Positions 1 through 11,434 are shown, counted from the stretch's first letter. The stretch is 64,000 bases of DNA from an uncultured cyanobacterium (GCA_963740315.1 CAVUDP010000002.1:2560001-2624000); one strand, 5' to 3'. The notes: generated from the letters alone by a model not told the origin. Numbers and translations: made by a program.

Positions 1-384
1 CTTGGTAGAGCCGACGGCAGAAGAATACAAACGCGCTCCCGGAGCAACACCCCGAAACCCCTTATCATTACTAACCATCACGCCAGCGACATTATAGGCA
101 TGAGGATCGACACCTTTATTAGATAAGGCAGGTTTATTGCGCTGGAAAACACCCGCCAAAGATATAGAACGATTTTTGGAAACAGATTTATCCACGCCAA
201 ATTGACCCGGACGACCAATTTCCACTTGACCAAGAGCAATTTTTCTACCAGATAAATTATATGGTGGTTTATGTAGCCTTAAAGCATCAATACCTCCACT
301 ACCAACAGAACTAGTCAAAGCCAATACCGGCAAGCTCAAACAAGAAGCACTTAATCCCCAAATCACCCAGGTTAGTTTTTTCAT
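1..384 (-). CDS. S8 (subtilisin-like) family peptidase, N-terminal part (runs off window edge)
   Basis: Translated by hand from ATG at 384: MKKLTWVIWGLSASCLSLPVLA (signal-like)...GRKIALGQVEIGRP...VDPHAYNVAGVM...GVAPGARLYSSAVG; subtilase-like His region; not in ORF track because partial. Confidence 0.7.
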   Translation of the reverse strand, partial: MKKLTWVIWGLSASCLSLPVLALTSSVGSGGIDALRLHKPPYNLSGRKIALGQVEIGRPGQFGVDKSVSKNRSISLAGVFQRNKPALSNKGVDPHAYNVAGVMVSNDKGFRGVAPGARLYSSAVGSTK

Positions 385-429
385 AAAGTAGTTGTTAGGA
401 GTTAGTTGTTAGAAGTTAGGAGTAAATCA

Positions 430-530
430 GGTTAAAGGTTAAAGGTTAAAGGTTAAAGGTTAAAGGTTAAAATTCCTCTTGTCCCCTTGTCCCCCCATCT
501 GCCCATCCCCCCATCCCCTTGTCCCAATAT
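430..530. repeat. Heptameric STRR arrays (GGTTAAA)n and (CCCCTTGT/CCCCATC)n
   Basis: Tandem repeats seen directly; similar arrays near 4193-4225, 21285-21365, 22490-22640, 33175-33245, 33410-33455, 39500-39630, 56775-56885, 62760-62990. Confidence 0.9.
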
Positions 531-612
531 TTTATTTTCATTATTTCATGAGAAAAATCTCAATATTTTGTTACAATGCATACAGAAGAGGAAGCTTTAA
601 GACCCACTAGCC

Positions 613-1323
613 ATGCCCAATAAACAATCTAAGAAACCCGTTGTTATCGCTCCATCTATCCTATCAGCGGATTTTAGCCGTCTCGGTGAAGAAGTTCGCG
701 CTGTAGACGAAGCCGGAGCCGATTGGATTCACGTTGATGTAATGGATGGTCGTTTTGTACCTAATATAACGATTGGTCCTCTGATAGTGGAGGCGCTTCG
801 TCCGGTTACTCAAAAGCCTCTGGATGTCCACTTGATGATTGTGGAACCCGAAAAGTATGTAGAGGATTTTGCTAAAGCAGGTGCAGACCACATTTACGTT
901 CATTGCGAGCATAATGCTTCTCCTCACTTACATCGCACTTTAGGACAAATTAAGGAACTGGGAAAAAAAGCAGGAGTTGTACTAAATCCCGGCACTTCTT
1001 TGGATATGATTGAGTACTGTCTGGATTTGTGCGATTTAGTGCTGATCATGAGCGTTAACCCCGGTTTTGGCGGTCAAAGCTTTATCCCTGGAGTTGTACC
1101 CAAAATCCGCAAGCTGCGTCAAATGTGTGACGATCGCGGACTCGATCCTTGGATTGAAGTTGATGGCGGACTTAAGGTAAATAATACTTGGCAGGTTTTG
1201 GAAGCTGGTGCAAATGCAATTGTTGCAGGTTCGGCAGTCTTCAAAGCTAAAAATTACAAAGAAGCGATCGAGGGTATTCGCAACAGCCAGCGCCCCGCAC
1301 AAGATTTACCAAAGGCTTCTTAA
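613..1323 (+). CDS. rpe: Ribulose-phosphate 3-epimerase
   Basis: [42 protein letters not shown] motifs. Confidence 0.97.
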   Translation: MPNKQSKKPVVIAPSILSADFSRLGEEVRAVDEAGADWIHVDVMDGRFVPNITIGPLIVEALRPVTQKPLDVHLMIVEPEKYVEDFAKAGADHIYVHCEHNASPHLHRTLGQIKELGKKAGVVLNPGTSLDMIEYCLDLCDLVLIMSVNPGFGGQSFIPGVVPKIRKLRQMCDDRGLDPWIEVDGGLKVNNTWQVLEAGANAIVAGSAVFKAKNYKEAIEGIRNSQRPAQDLPKAS

Positions 1324-1366
1324 CATAAGTTAATAAGTAAATCAAATATTCCCATCACCTGATACC

Positions 1367-1399
1367 CCCTCCCCTTTATTGCGCGGAGGGAATTTTTTT
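1367..1399 (+). terminator. Probable intrinsic terminator after rpe
   Basis: CCCTCC...GGAGGG stem followed by a T run. Confidence 0.5.
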
Positions 1400-1414
1400 A
1401 TCACCCCAAAACAA

Positions 1415-1444
1415 TGTAGAGACGTAGCACTGCTACGTCTCCAC
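1415..1444. repeat. REP-like palindrome TGTAGAGACG-N-CGTCTCTACA family
   Basis: Copies at 1415-1444, 16809-16850 (inside CDS), 19889-19913, 35704-35734, 41601-41630 (perfect 30-bp palindrome). Confidence 0.85.
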
Positions 1445-1478
1445 CAATATCTGTATTACAAAATCTGTATTACAAAAT

Positions 1479-1952
1479 CTAATCCAAGAAACCCATCAAA
1501 GAGAAACTATCATCAACTTCATTTGATGCTACCGGACGATTACCCATAACAGAATACATTTCTGAAACCACTAAATGACTTTTAGCAATAGGACGAATTC
1601 CAGATAAGTTCATTGTCTCGCTAAATTCTATTTTGTTCGCCCCAATAGGACGAATTCCCATGATATTTACGGTATGAACTACTTCTAAATCGCTACTGCT
1701 GATGGGACGTTCACCCGAAACCGTCATTGTGCGTGCAATATCTAAGTCGCTACTGGTAATAGGACGTTGCCCTGGAACAGCAAGGGTTCCGGTTATTTCT
1801 TCTTGAGCAGAATCAACATTCGCGGCGGTGTCTTTATTATCTGTACTCACGCTTTTCCCTTTGATATTTTCAAGTTTTGTACTGGTTCCCGCTCCAGTTT
1901 TGGCTCGTGTTTGCCGAGTACTGGCTCTTCTACCATTACTGCTGACGGTCAT
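1479..1952 (-). CDS. Hypothetical protein with five 19-aa G-x-RP[IV] repeats
   Basis: 157-aa ORF; GQRPI/GERPI/GIRPI/GIRPI/GNRPV at 19-residue period. Confidence 0.8.
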   Translation of the reverse strand: MTVSSNGRRASTRQTRAKTGAGTSTKLENIKGKSVSTDNKDTAANVDSAQEEITGTLAVPGQRPITSSDLDIARTMTVSGERPISSSDLEVVHTVNIMGIRPIGANKIEFSETMNLSGIRPIAKSHLVVSEMYSVMGNRPVASNEVDDSFSLMGFLD

Positions 1953-2189
1953 AATCTTATACCTCTAATAGATAAATGAATGTAAATAAAAAATTTACTT
2001 TTATTCATTAAGTGTAACTTTAAAAAACCTTCTATAGGTATAAGTATCTTTAAAAATGAGACATAAGTCAAAATCATTAAGTATTATGAAGATAAATGTA
2101 TATAAATTCTACTTTTTAGATTGCGATTTTAAGCTCAGAAGGCAGCACTATTCGCTACCATTAAATAGGTTAAAATTTTGCAAGCTGTA

Positions 2190-4193
2190 ATGAAAAATTT
2201 TCTGGTAAAAGCCCCTTTTGAACCCACAGGCGACCAGCCCAAAGCTATTGAGCAGCTTGTGGAAAGTATTGAAGCGGGAAATCGCTATCAAACGCTTTTG
2301 GGTGCAACTGGTACGGGTAAAACTTTCACAATTGCAAGAACAATTGAGAAAATAGGTAAACCGACTCTTGTTTTGGCGCATAATAAAACCCTTGCCGCAC
2401 AGCTTTGTAATGAGTTGCGGGAGTTTTTCCCAGAGAATGCGGTGGAATACTTTGTTAGTTACTACGATTATTATCAGCCAGAAGCTTATATTCCCGTTAC
2501 CGATACTTACATCGAAAAAACGGCTCAAATTAATGACGAAATTGATATGTTGCGACATTCCGCAACCAGGTCTTTATTTGAACGTAAAGATGTCATAGTT
2601 GTGGCTTCTATCAGCTGTATTTATGGTTTGGGAATGCCTTCAGAGTACCTAAATGCAGCAATTTCGTTTCAAGTCGGCATGGAAGTTAACCAGCGGGAAA
2701 TACTTAGGGATTTAGTATCGATTCAGTATAAACGGAACGATATAGAAATGGGTCGGGGACGGTTTCGGGTGCGCGGTGATGTCTTGGAAGTTGGACCTGC
2801 ATACGAAGATAGAATTATTCGCATTGAATTTTTTGGTGATGAAATAGACGCTATTCGTTACATCGATCCGGTTACGGGTGAAATTTTACAAAGTTTGGCA
2901 GCAGTGAATATTTACCCGGCGCGTCACTTTGTTACACCCAAAGAAAGATTAGAAGTTGCTTGTGCGGATATTGAAGCAGAATTAAAAGCACGTAAAGCAG
3001 AATTAGAAGAAGCTGGTAAATTATTAGAAGCCCAACGTATAGATCAGCGCTGTCGCTACGATTTGGAAATGTTGCGCGAAGTTGGTTATTGTAACGGCGT
3101 AGAAAACTATTCGCGTCATTTAGCGGGGAGAAAAGCGGGAGAAAACCCGGAATGTTTGATTGATTATTTTCCCAAAGATTGGCTGTTGGTAATTGATGAA
3201 TCTCACGTTACCATTCCTCAAATTCGCGGGATGTATAACGGCGATCGAGCCAGAAAAATGGTTTTAATCGAACATGGTTTTCGTCTTCCTAGCGCTGCCG
3301 ATAATCGTCCTTTAAAAGCAGAAGAATTTTGGGAAAAAGTCGATCGGTGTATCTTTGTTTCTGCAACTCCTGGCACTTGGGAATTAGAAATTTCTGAAGA
3401 TAATATTGCCGAGCAAATTATTAGACCGACTGGAGTAATCGATCCAGAAGTGATTGTACGTCCGACTGAAGGTCAAATTGATGATTTATTAGGCGAAATT
3501 AAAGACCGAGTAGACCTTGACGAGCGGGTGTTAATTACGACGTTAACCAAGCGCATGGCTGAGGATTTAACGGAGTATTTAGAAGATAGCGGTATTCGCG
3601 TTAGATATCTGCATTCTGAAATTAATTCGATTCAAAGAATTGAAATTATCCAAGATTTGCGCGATGGTGTGTTTGATGTATTGGTTGGCGTGAACTTGCT
3701 GCGGGAAGGTTTGGATTTACCGGAAGTTTCCTTAGTGGCGATTTTAGATGCTGATAAAGAAGGATTCTTGCGTGCCGAACGTTCTTTGATTCAAACTATT
3801 GGTAGAGCTGCACGTCATGTAAAAGGACAAGCTATTTTATACGGCGATAAATTGACCGATAGCATGATTAAAGCGATCGACGAAACCGAACGTCGTCGCG
3901 GTATTCAAACAGCACACAATAAAATGCATAATATTACCCCGCAGTCGATCGTGAAGAAGAAATCTAGCAATGCGATTTTATCTTTCTTAGAAGTATCGCG
4001 GCGGTTGAATGCACAAGATTTGCAAGTGGTAGACGAACACGTTAATGAAATACCGTTAGAAAATATTCCGCAATTAGTTAATAAATTAGAAACGCAGATG
4101 AAAGAAGCTGCGAAAAATCTCCAATTTGAAGAAGCGGCGAAGTTTAGAGATCGGATTAAACAATTAAGAGATAAGTTGGTGGGAAGGAGTTAA
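2190..4193 (+). CDS. uvrB: Excinuclease ABC subunit B
   Basis: [31 protein letters not shown]-terminal UVR coiled coil; ATG at 2190 preferred over TTG at 2178. Confidence 0.98.
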   Translation: MKNFLVKAPFEPTGDQPKAIEQLVESIEAGNRYQTLLGATGTGKTFTIARTIEKIGKPTLVLAHNKTLAAQLCNELREFFPENAVEYFVSYYDYYQPEAYIPVTDTYIEKTAQINDEIDMLRHSATRSLFERKDVIVVASISCIYGLGMPSEYLNAAISFQVGMEVNQREILRDLVSIQYKRNDIEMGRGRFRVRGDVLEVGPAYEDRIIRIEFFGDEIDAIRYIDPVTGEILQSLAAVNIYPARHFVTPKERLEVACADIEAELKARKAELEEAGKLLEAQRIDQRCRYDLEMLREVGYCNGVENYSRHLAGRKAGENPECLIDYFPKDWLLVIDESHVTIPQIRGMYNGDRARKMVLIEHGFRLPSAADNRPLKAEEFWEKVDRCIFVSATPGTWELEISEDNIAEQIIRPTGVIDPEVIVRPTEGQIDDLLGEIKDRVDLDERVLITTLTKRMAEDLTEYLEDSGIRVRYLHSEINSIQRIEIIQDLRDGVFDVLVGVNLLREGLDLPEVSLVAILDADKEGFLRAERSLIQTIGRAARHVKGQAILYGDKLTDSMIKAIDETERRRGIQTAHNKMHNITPQSIVKKKSSNAILSFLEVSRRLNAQDLQVVDEHVNEIPLENIPQLVNKLETQMKEAAKNLQFEEAAKFRDRIKQLRDKLVGRS

Positions 4194-4267
4194 GAGTTAG
4201 GAGTTAGGAGTTAGGAGTTAGGAGTTTTGAATTGGAATTATACAGTAAACATTAATTTGTAAAGGCT

Positions 4268-4834
4268 ATGAATTCAATCGCGTTAAATATTCCTAAACTA
4301 GATGCTGAAGGGTTTAAACAATTATGTTTAGCAAATGAAAATTTGCAGCTTGAACGCGCATCTACTGGGGAAGTTATTATAATGCCTTTGAGATACCCTT
4401 TTACGAGTAGTCAAAACTCAGCAATCATAGCTCAATTAGCAATTTGGATTGAAAAAACTGGGTTAGGAATTGGGCTTGATTCTTCTACAGGCTTTACCTT
4501 AGCAAATGGTGCTGTGTATTCCCCCGATGCTTCTTGGGTAAGTAATGAACAATGGAATGGATTAACGCAACAGCAGCGAGAAGAAGAGTTTTCGCCACTC
4601 GCACCCGATTTTGTTGTAGAGTTACGTTCGAGTAGTGACTCTCTCAAAAAGCTGCAAAAGAAAATGGCAGAATATATTGAGAATGGGGTTCGTTTGGGTT
4701 GGTTAATCGATCCGAAAAATAAGATAGTAGAAATTTATCGGCAAGGGAAAGTAGAAATTTTAGAATCTCCTGCAACTGTATCTGGTGAAGATGTTTTACC
4801 GGGATTTGAGTTGAATTTGAATAAGATTTGGTAA
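4268..4834 (+). CDS. Uma2 family endonuclease-like protein
   Basis: SPDASW, PDFVVELRS, GVRLGWLIDP, LPGFEL. Confidence 0.9.
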   Translation: MNSIALNIPKLDAEGFKQLCLANENLQLERASTGEVIIMPLRYPFTSSQNSAIIAQLAIWIEKTGLGIGLDSSTGFTLANGAVYSPDASWVSNEQWNGLTQQQREEEFSPLAPDFVVELRSSSDSLKKLQKKMAEYIENGVRLGWLIDPKNKIVEIYRQGKVEILESPATVSGEDVLPGFELNLNKIW

Positions 4835-4911
4835 TTAAAGTAATATGGATAAATCCGGTTTTTCGATAAACCAGCTTTTTTGCGATCGCGAATTATTTTA
4901 TAAATGCCATA

Positions 4912-5478
4912 TTAATTAAAAAACTGCTGAATATTACAATTAAAGCCGGGTAAAATTGGCGAAGTAATTTCATCGTTTTCCATCAGCGTTGCTACTAACA
5001 CTAACTGAGCATTTTCACGACGATAAACTTCTATTTGTCGCAACCGCCAATCTACAATCCAATATTCTTTAATTCCTTTAATTGAATAAAGTTTTAATTT
5101 GGCTTCTCTATCGCGTCTTTCATTTGTATTTCCCGCAGAAAGAACTTCAACAATTAATTCCGGCGCACCCGTCAAATGTCCTTCTTCATCAACTAATTGC
5201 TCTAGTCTTTCGTTACTAATCCAGACTACATCGGGAATAACATTGTCAGCATCGGAAAATATAATGCCGGGAGTAAATAATGCTTTACCTAAACCTGATT
5301 TTCTAGACCAAACTTGTAATTCAATATAGATATTACCACCAGAATCCTGATGACCTATATGTGGAGCGCGGCTCACAAATAATTCCCCTTCAATTATTTC
5401 GTAACGTTTCCATTCATCCGCTGCTAAAACTTCTAAATCGGCAATTGTCCAACGGATTTGATTTGGTGCTTGAGTCAT
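4912..5478 (-). CDS. Uma2 family endonuclease-like protein
   Basis: YEIIEGEL, PDVVW, APELIVEVLS, KLKLY, EYWIVD. Confidence 0.9.
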   Translation of the reverse strand: MTQAPNQIRWTIADLEVLAADEWKRYEIIEGELFVSRAPHIGHQDSGGNIYIELQVWSRKSGLGKALFTPGIIFSDADNVIPDVVWISNERLEQLVDEEGHLTGAPELIVEVLSAGNTNERRDREAKLKLYSIKGIKEYWIVDWRLRQIEVYRRENAQLVLVATLMENDEITSPILPGFNCNIQQFFN

Positions 5479-5557
5479 AATATCACTTTAGATTAAAGGT
5501 TAAAGGTCAAAGGTTAAAATTAATATTTGTTAATTCATAACTCATAACTCTTGATTT

Positions 5558-6091
5558 CTAACTCCTAATTTTCTCCCACTCTTCTCTACTAATCCCATAA
5601 ATCATAGCTTTGTTTCCTGAAATTTGTGTTTCTCCTTCTAACTTTTCTCCTAATTTCTCTGCAACTCTCCTCGATGCTGTATTCTCTGGATGAATCAAAC
5701 TAATTAGGTGAGATTGCTGTAATTTTGTAAATGCAAAATCCATCGAAGCAACTCCCGCTTCCGTTGCAAAACCACGTCCCCAAAAAGCCCGTCGCAAACT
5801 CCAACCAACTTCTAAACCAATCCAACCTTCGGGTTTCCAACAGCCGATTCTACCGATCGCTTCACCACTTTGCCGATCTTCAACTGCCCACAAACCATAG
5901 CCTCGCAAGTACCAATGACCTATTATTGCTGCCATACTGCGCCAAGATTCCGCGCGAGATAAGACTTTACCCGTACCGATGTAGCGCATAACTTCTGCAT
6001 CAGCGCACATTTCGGCATAAGCGTCTAAATCCGATTCACAAAATCCGCGTAAAATTAAACGTTCGGTTTTAAGAATGGGAATCATCATCAA
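5558..6091 (-). CDS. GNAT (RimJ/RimL-type) N-acetyltransferase
   Basis: TERLILR, EVGW, WGRGFATEA, NTASRRVAEKLG; exact start among three Met is uncertain. Confidence 0.9.
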   Translation of the reverse strand: MMMIPILKTERLILRGFCESDLDAYAEMCADAEVMRYIGTGKVLSRAESWRSMAAIIGHWYLRGYGLWAVEDRQSGEAIGRIGCWKPEGWIGLEVGWSLRRAFWGRGFATEAGVASMDFAFTKLQQSHLISLIHPENTASRRVAEKLGEKLEGETQISGNKAMIYGISREEWEKIRS

Positions 6092-6737
6092 AAATTGCTC
6101 CGTCTAAGTTAGCGCTTTTCAAATCTGTATGAGATAGTTTGGCACCTCTTAAATCGGCTTCACTCAAATCGGCGTTATCCAAACAAGCATAATTCAAGTT
6201 TGCACCTCTAAGATTTGCACGGAATAGGTTTGCATTTTGTAAGTTTGCTCTCAATAATATCGATTGGCTCAAGTTACAATCGCTTAAGTTTGCTTCGGTA
6301 AAATCTGCTGCTGTTAAATTAGCTTGACTCAAGTTTGTTTGGCTCAAATTAGCCAAGTTTAATTTAGCGTAGCTGAAGTCAATGTCGGTTAAATCAAGCA
6401 AAATAAGTTCCGCACATCTTAAATTAGCGTTATGAAAATACCGATCGCCAATAGCATAACGTTGTAAAAGCTTATCGGTTGTTAATCTATCTAAAATCGC
6501 TTGAGATGCGCCTGGTAAACACCATTTTGCTTGGATTAGATTTGCCGCCGTATTAATAGCAACTTCATCAATTTTCTCTACTACAACACCATTACAATCA
6601 TCGCGTTCAGCTTTGCTGCCTCTATCGCCACCTAACATAAAGGCAATATCAGAAGCCGCATCAGGTGAGTCAAACAATAAAATCTTTGGTTCTTGCTTGA
6701 TTTCTAAACCGATTAATCTATATAGTAAGTTTTTCAT
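6069..6737 (-). CDS. Pentapeptide repeat protein
   Basis: Tandem A(N/D)Lxx repeats in the C-terminal half. Confidence 0.9.
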   Translation of the reverse strand: MKNLLYRLIGLEIKQEPKILLFDSPDAASDIAFMLGGDRGSKAERDDCNGVVVEKIDEVAINTAANLIQAKWCLPGASQAILDRLTTDKLLQRYAIGDRYFHNANLRCAELILLDLTDIDFSYAKLNLANLSQTNLSQANLTAADFTEANLSDCNLSQSILLRANLQNANLFRANLRGANLNYACLDNADLSEADLRGAKLSHTDLKSANLDGAIFDDDSHS

Positions 6738-6853
6738 TGTTAATTATCTGGTAATTACGAATTTTCTCATACATAACAAATTTTAGTTGGAACAATTCGG
6801 ATATTTCCATCGGTTTGCTTGATATAAGAATAAATGTTCTTGCTTATCCTACG

Positions 6854-8287
6854 ATGTTCCAACTTATAGATGTATTCTGGGCTTATACTCTAATTGCTAT
6901 TTTAATTCTTGTCGGACGTTTTATCAGACAACGTATCGGCATATTGAAATCTTTGTTTATTCCAAGTTCGGTTGTAGCGGGTGCGATCGCTTTATTATTG
7001 GGACCGAGTGCTTTAGGAGCGGTGATTAAAGCTACCGTTGGTGCAGATTCTCCTTTGGTTAACGGCATTTTTCCCGAAGCAATTTTAACGGTATGGTCAA
7101 AATCCCCTGGAGTATTTATAAACATTGTCTTTGCAACTTTATTTCTCGGACAGTTAATTCCCGGTTGGGGGACTATTTGGCGGCAAGCTTCACCACAAGC
7201 GGCTTTCGGTCAAGTATTGGGATGGGGACAATACGTTATTGGTTTGATACTGGGGATTACCGTATTAACCCCTATTTTTAAATTACCTCCTATTGCAGCT
7301 TCGTTAATTGAAGTCGCTTTTGAAGGGGGACACGGTACGTCGGCAGGGATGGCTGATACTTTCACCGAGTTGGGGTTTCCTGAAGCTGCCGATTTATCAT
7401 TGACTTTAGCAACGGTAGGATTGGTTTCGGGGATTATCATCGGTACGTGGTTGATAGATTGGGGAAGACGCACCGGAAGAATTCAACAAAGCCCAACTGA
7501 TATTAGTTTGGGTAACGAAGATAGTATCCATACTCACACAGAAGAACATCCATCCATCACAGTTGCTAGAGATAGATTATTTAAGGATTTACTAATCGAT
7601 CCGATATCGCTTAACTTTGGTTTTGTCGGATTGGCTGTTGCGATCGGTTGGTTAATTTTACAGGCTTTAGGGTTTATAGAATCAATTACCTGGGGAAGTG
7701 GAGACGGATTAAAGTTGATTGCTTTTGTACCGTTGTTCCCAATGGCACTGATTGGCGGGATTTTGGTACAGTTGCTTTTAGTGCGGACAAATCGTAGCTA
7801 TATGGTGAGTCGTCCTTTGATGGAACGTATCGGTGGATTGGCTTTGGATGTAACGATTGTCACCGCGCTGGCTAGTATTTCTTTAACAGCTTTGGGTGCA
7901 AATATAGTTCCTTTATTGATTTTGGCGATCGCAGGTATTCTGTGGAATGTTTGCGTGTATGTATTTTTAGCACCGCGTTTGATTCCTTTTTTCCCGAATG
8001 AAAGGGGTTTGGGAGATTTAGGACAATCGATGGGAGTTACCGCTACTGGTATTTTATTGTTAAGGATGGTAGATCCAGATAATCGTACAGGGGCTTTTGA
8101 ATGTTTTGCTTATAAACAGTTATTATTTGAACCGATTTTAGGAGGTGGTTTATTTACTGCTGCCGCACCTACTTTGATTGTCAAATATGGTTCGATTCCG
8201 ATGTTGTTATTTACATCTGTAATTTTAGCTTTTTGGTTGATATTTGGGTTTTGGAATTGCAAGCAGTTGAGGAAGAGTGGAAAGTGA
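6854..8287 (+). CDS. Sodium:glutamate symporter (GltS/ESS family)
   Basis: Multi-TM; FEGGHGT and GQSMGVTATG re-entrant loop motifs; ATG at 6854 preferred. Confidence 0.85.
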   Translation: MFQLIDVFWAYTLIAILILVGRFIRQRIGILKSLFIPSSVVAGAIALLLGPSALGAVIKATVGADSPLVNGIFPEAILTVWSKSPGVFINIVFATLFLGQLIPGWGTIWRQASPQAAFGQVLGWGQYVIGLILGITVLTPIFKLPPIAASLIEVAFEGGHGTSAGMADTFTELGFPEAADLSLTLATVGLVSGIIIGTWLIDWGRRTGRIQQSPTDISLGNEDSIHTHTEEHPSITVARDRLFKDLLIDPISLNFGFVGLAVAIGWLILQALGFIESITWGSGDGLKLIAFVPLFPMALIGGILVQLLLVRTNRSYMVSRPLMERIGGLALDVTIVTALASISLTALGANIVPLLILAIAGILWNVCVYVFLAPRLIPFFPNERGLGDLGQSMGVTATGILLLRMVDPDNRTGAFECFAYKQLLFEPILGGGLFTAAAPTLIVKYGSIPMLLFTSVILAFWLIFGFWNCKQLRKSGK

Positions 8288-8349
8288 AAATTAAGTTTTT
8301 AGTAAGTGATTCAGTACTTAAAGAGCGATAAATCGCTTACTACAAACCT

Positions 8350-8988
8350 TTATATTTGTTCTCTTACCCATTTACGGAAAGCTTTGAGGGTTGCATTTCT
8401 TCCTTTAGTTTTACTTTGTTGTAAATATTGTGGGATTACCTTAATTAAAGATAATTGAGGAAAATTATAACTTTGTGTTGATTCTACATAAAAGCCATTT
8501 TGTAATAGATTTATTTTCAGTTTACCTTGTTCAAATCGCCATAGTTCGGGAACTTTCAACGCTTGATAAATACTCGGATGTGTGCGGGAAGTGACATCGA
8601 TTTCCAAAGCTAAATCGGGGGGAGGATCTATTGTTAAATCTAACCGATTTTTGCCACGAACTTTGCTTTCGTTTTGAATGTAAAAACACTGGTCTGGTTC
8701 TATACCTTGAGCCATTGCTTGGTTTTTGAAAGTTGTCGAACCAAGACTAATAAATTCAATATCAAGTTCTTCTAATAGGGCTTTAACTAAGTCACCGATA
8801 ATCTCTTTACCATATTCATGTTCGGGTAGTGGTGCCATAATCTCTAACATTCCGTTATCGTAAGCAATTCGTGCTGCGCGGTGTTCTCCTAACTCTTCAA
8901 GAATTGTTTCAAATTCCTGCCAAGTTACGTTTTGTAATAACACTCTTTGTCCTGGTGGAACGTGGATACGGTTTAATTCTAATAACAT
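8350..8988 (-). CDS. Uma2 family endonuclease-like protein
   Basis: EPDQCFYI, DPPPDLALEIDVTS, VPELWRF. Confidence 0.9.
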   Translation of the reverse strand: MLLELNRIHVPPGQRVLLQNVTWQEFETILEELGEHRAARIAYDNGMLEIMAPLPEHEYGKEIIGDLVKALLEELDIEFISLGSTTFKNQAMAQGIEPDQCFYIQNESKVRGKNRLDLTIDPPPDLALEIDVTSRTHPSIYQALKVPELWRFEQGKLKINLLQNGFYVESTQSYNFPQLSLIKVIPQYLQQSKTKGRNATLKAFRKWVREQI

Positions 8989-9201
8989 TTTTTATAGTTT
9001 ATGAAAGTTGTTTTACTATAATTTTAGTTGGTTATAAGTGAAATCACATTATTTATTTAAAAGATTTAAATAGGAATGCGATCGGCTCGATTTCGTTTTC
9101 ATCCACTTGCATTTGCAAACCCCAAGCGGTGGGGCGTAAGTCTATTAAAATAGATGAAAAATACAATTGATACAGTAATTAATGTTTATTAATCCAAAAT
9201 T

Positions 9202-9828
9202 ATGTTTACTAACGATGCTCCTACGTCTTACAGCAAATTCAATTTATCAAAGGTTAAAGATATATTTAATTTAACGACTTATGAAAAGGTTGATTTATTT
9301 ATTGATTCACCAGTTTTAGAACCGAGTTCATTTCTCAAAGAAACATTAGCCTACAATCTCCCTTTGGCATTAGCTAGCAATAGTGAAAAAGCCCGTTCAG
9401 AAATGATTATATCTCCAATTTTAATTGAGCTTAGGAAGCAATTACAGGACAAGATAAATATTTTTTCGGGTATTGAATTTAATGTTGAATCAGAAAAAGG
9501 TTTAACTGGAGTGTGTGGTTTTCTTATCAGCGATTCTCCAGAGCAATTGTTTGTTAGTGCCCCAGTTGTAACTTTAGTAGAAGCAAAAAAAGAAAATATT
9601 AATGCTGTTTTAGGACAATGTGTCGCGGAAATGATAGCGGCAAAAATTTTTAACGATCGCTCTAAAAATGAAATTCCGGCAATTTATGGTACCGTAACTA
9701 CCGGAACTAACTGGAGATTTTTAAAGTTAGAAGGAAGTATTATTAATATTGATTTATCTGAATATTATTTAAGAGATGTAGATAAAATTTTAGGTCTTTT
9801 AGCAATGGGTATTGTTTCTAAAAGATAA
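9202..9828 (+). CDS. Hypothetical PD-(D/E)XK-like protein (cyanobacterial EAKK/GQC family)
   Basis: SEKARSE, VEAKK, GQCVAEM, YGTVTTGTNWRF. Confidence 0.7.
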   Translation: MFTNDAPTSYSKFNLSKVKDIFNLTTYEKVDLFIDSPVLEPSSFLKETLAYNLPLALASNSEKARSEMIISPILIELRKQLQDKINIFSGIEFNVESEKGLTGVCGFLISDSPEQLFVSAPVVTLVEAKKENINAVLGQCVAEMIAAKIFNDRSKNEIPAIYGTVTTGTNWRFLKLEGSIINIDLSEYYLRDVDKILGLLAMGIVSKR

Positions 9829-9913
9829 ATTATTTAGAATTACAAGTTGACAAAATGCCTAATACGAATTAAAACTATCAAAATCGCATAATATTTATAA
9901 CTGTTTGCTGTGA

Positions 9914-11434
9914 ATGACAAACCATACTCGACAAAACAAACCCAATTTAATAGATAAATCTCTGGCTTTTATTGAAACAGTAGGAAATAAACTACCAGAT
10001 CCGATAACGCTATTTTTTATACTCAGCGTCGGTGTAGTTTTGGTGAGCGCGATCGCATCTTCTCTAAATGTATCGGTAGTCAATCCCAGCGACGATAAAA
10101 CCATTGCTGCGGTGTCTCTACTTACCCCCGAAGGTATACGCAAAATATTTACGGAAGCAGTTAATAATTTTACCGGATTTAAACCGCTCGGTACCGTACT
10201 TGTGGCGATGTTGGGTGTGGGTGTCGCTGAATCTACAGGTTTGCTTTCGGCATTGTTAAGACGAATAGTATTGATTGCACCGGGAAGGTTTATTTGTCCG
10301 GTTGTGGTGTTTGCGGGTGTGATGGGTAATATCGCCGCAGATGCCGGTTACGTGGTGCTTGTACCGTTGGGTGCGGTGATTTTTCTGGCTTTTCGTCGCC
10401 ATCCTCTCGCAGGTATTGCGGCGGCTTTTGCAGGGGTTTCTGGCGGGTTTAGCGCTAATTTGATCGTAAATCCTCTCGATCCTTTACTTGCGGGATTATC
10501 TCAAAGTGCGGCGCAGTTAATTAAACCAAACTATCAGGTGAATGCAACTGCTAATTACTATTTCATGGTAGTTTCAACTTTTTTAATTACCTTAATTGGC
10601 TGGTTTGTTACCGAAAGAATTATCGAACCGCGTTTGGGAATTTACAATCAACAAAATGAAGATATACCGATGCAAACGCTGACACCATCGGAAAGAAAAG
10701 GTTTGCGTTGGGCGGGGTTTTCTTTCTTATTATTGACAGCTTTTATAGCAGCTTTGGTTTTGCCACCACAAGGTATTTTACGCAATCCAGAAACGTTTAC
10801 AATTATCCCTTCACCTTTTATTGACAGCATAGTTATAATTATTGCCTTAGCATTTCTAATTCCGGGAATTGTTTACGGTAAAATTTCTGGAAGTATTGCC
10901 AATGATAAAGATGTTGCTAATGCTTTAGGTAGTTCGATGGCAGCGATGGGTTATTACATTGCTTTGGCTTTTATTGCAGCACAATTTATTGCTTATTTTA
11001 GCTGGAGTAATTTAGGTTTAATTTTGGCGGTGAATGGTGCCAATTTTCTCAGAGCAACGGGATTTACTGGCGTACCGCTAATGTTAATGTTTATCTTAGT
11101 CAGTATGCTAATTAACTTATTCGTCGGTTCCGCTTCGGCAAAATGGGCGATAATGGCACCGATATTTATCCCGATGTTTATGTTAGTTGGATATTCTCCG
11201 GAGTTGACACAAGCTGCTTATCGAATTGGCGATTCTTCTACTAATATAATTACGCCATTGATGCCTTATTTTCCTGTAGTGGTGGCATTTGGTCAAAAGT
11301 ACGATAAAAGTTTGAAAATAGGAACTTTGATTTCTTTAATGTTGCCTTATTCGGTGGCATTTTTGATCGGATGGGGGATTTTATTTGTAATTTGGTTTGT
11401 CTTGGGGTTGCCTTTGGGACCGGGAGTCAGTTAA
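9914..11434 (+). CDS. AbgT family transporter
   Basis: GNKLPDP, GVSGGFSAN, SASAKW, YRIGDSSTNIITP. Confidence 0.93.
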   Translation: MTNHTRQNKPNLIDKSLAFIETVGNKLPDPITLFFILSVGVVLVSAIASSLNVSVVNPSDDKTIAAVSLLTPEGIRKIFTEAVNNFTGFKPLGTVLVAMLGVGVAESTGLLSALLRRIVLIAPGRFICPVVVFAGVMGNIAADAGYVVLVPLGAVIFLAFRRHPLAGIAAAFAGVSGGFSANLIVNPLDPLLAGLSQSAAQLIKPNYQVNATANYYFMVVSTFLITLIGWFVTERIIEPRLGIYNQQNEDIPMQTLTPSERKGLRWAGFSFLLLTAFIAALVLPPQGILRNPETFTIIPSPFIDSIVIIIALAFLIPGIVYGKISGSIANDKDVANALGSSMAAMGYYIALAFIAAQFIAYFSWSNLGLILAVNGANFLRATGFTGVPLMLMFILVSMLINLFVGSASAKWAIMAPIFIPMFMLVGYSPELTQAAYRIGDSSTNIITPLMPYFPVVVAFGQKYDKSLKIGTLISLMLPYSVAFLIGWGILFVIWFVLGLPLGPGVS

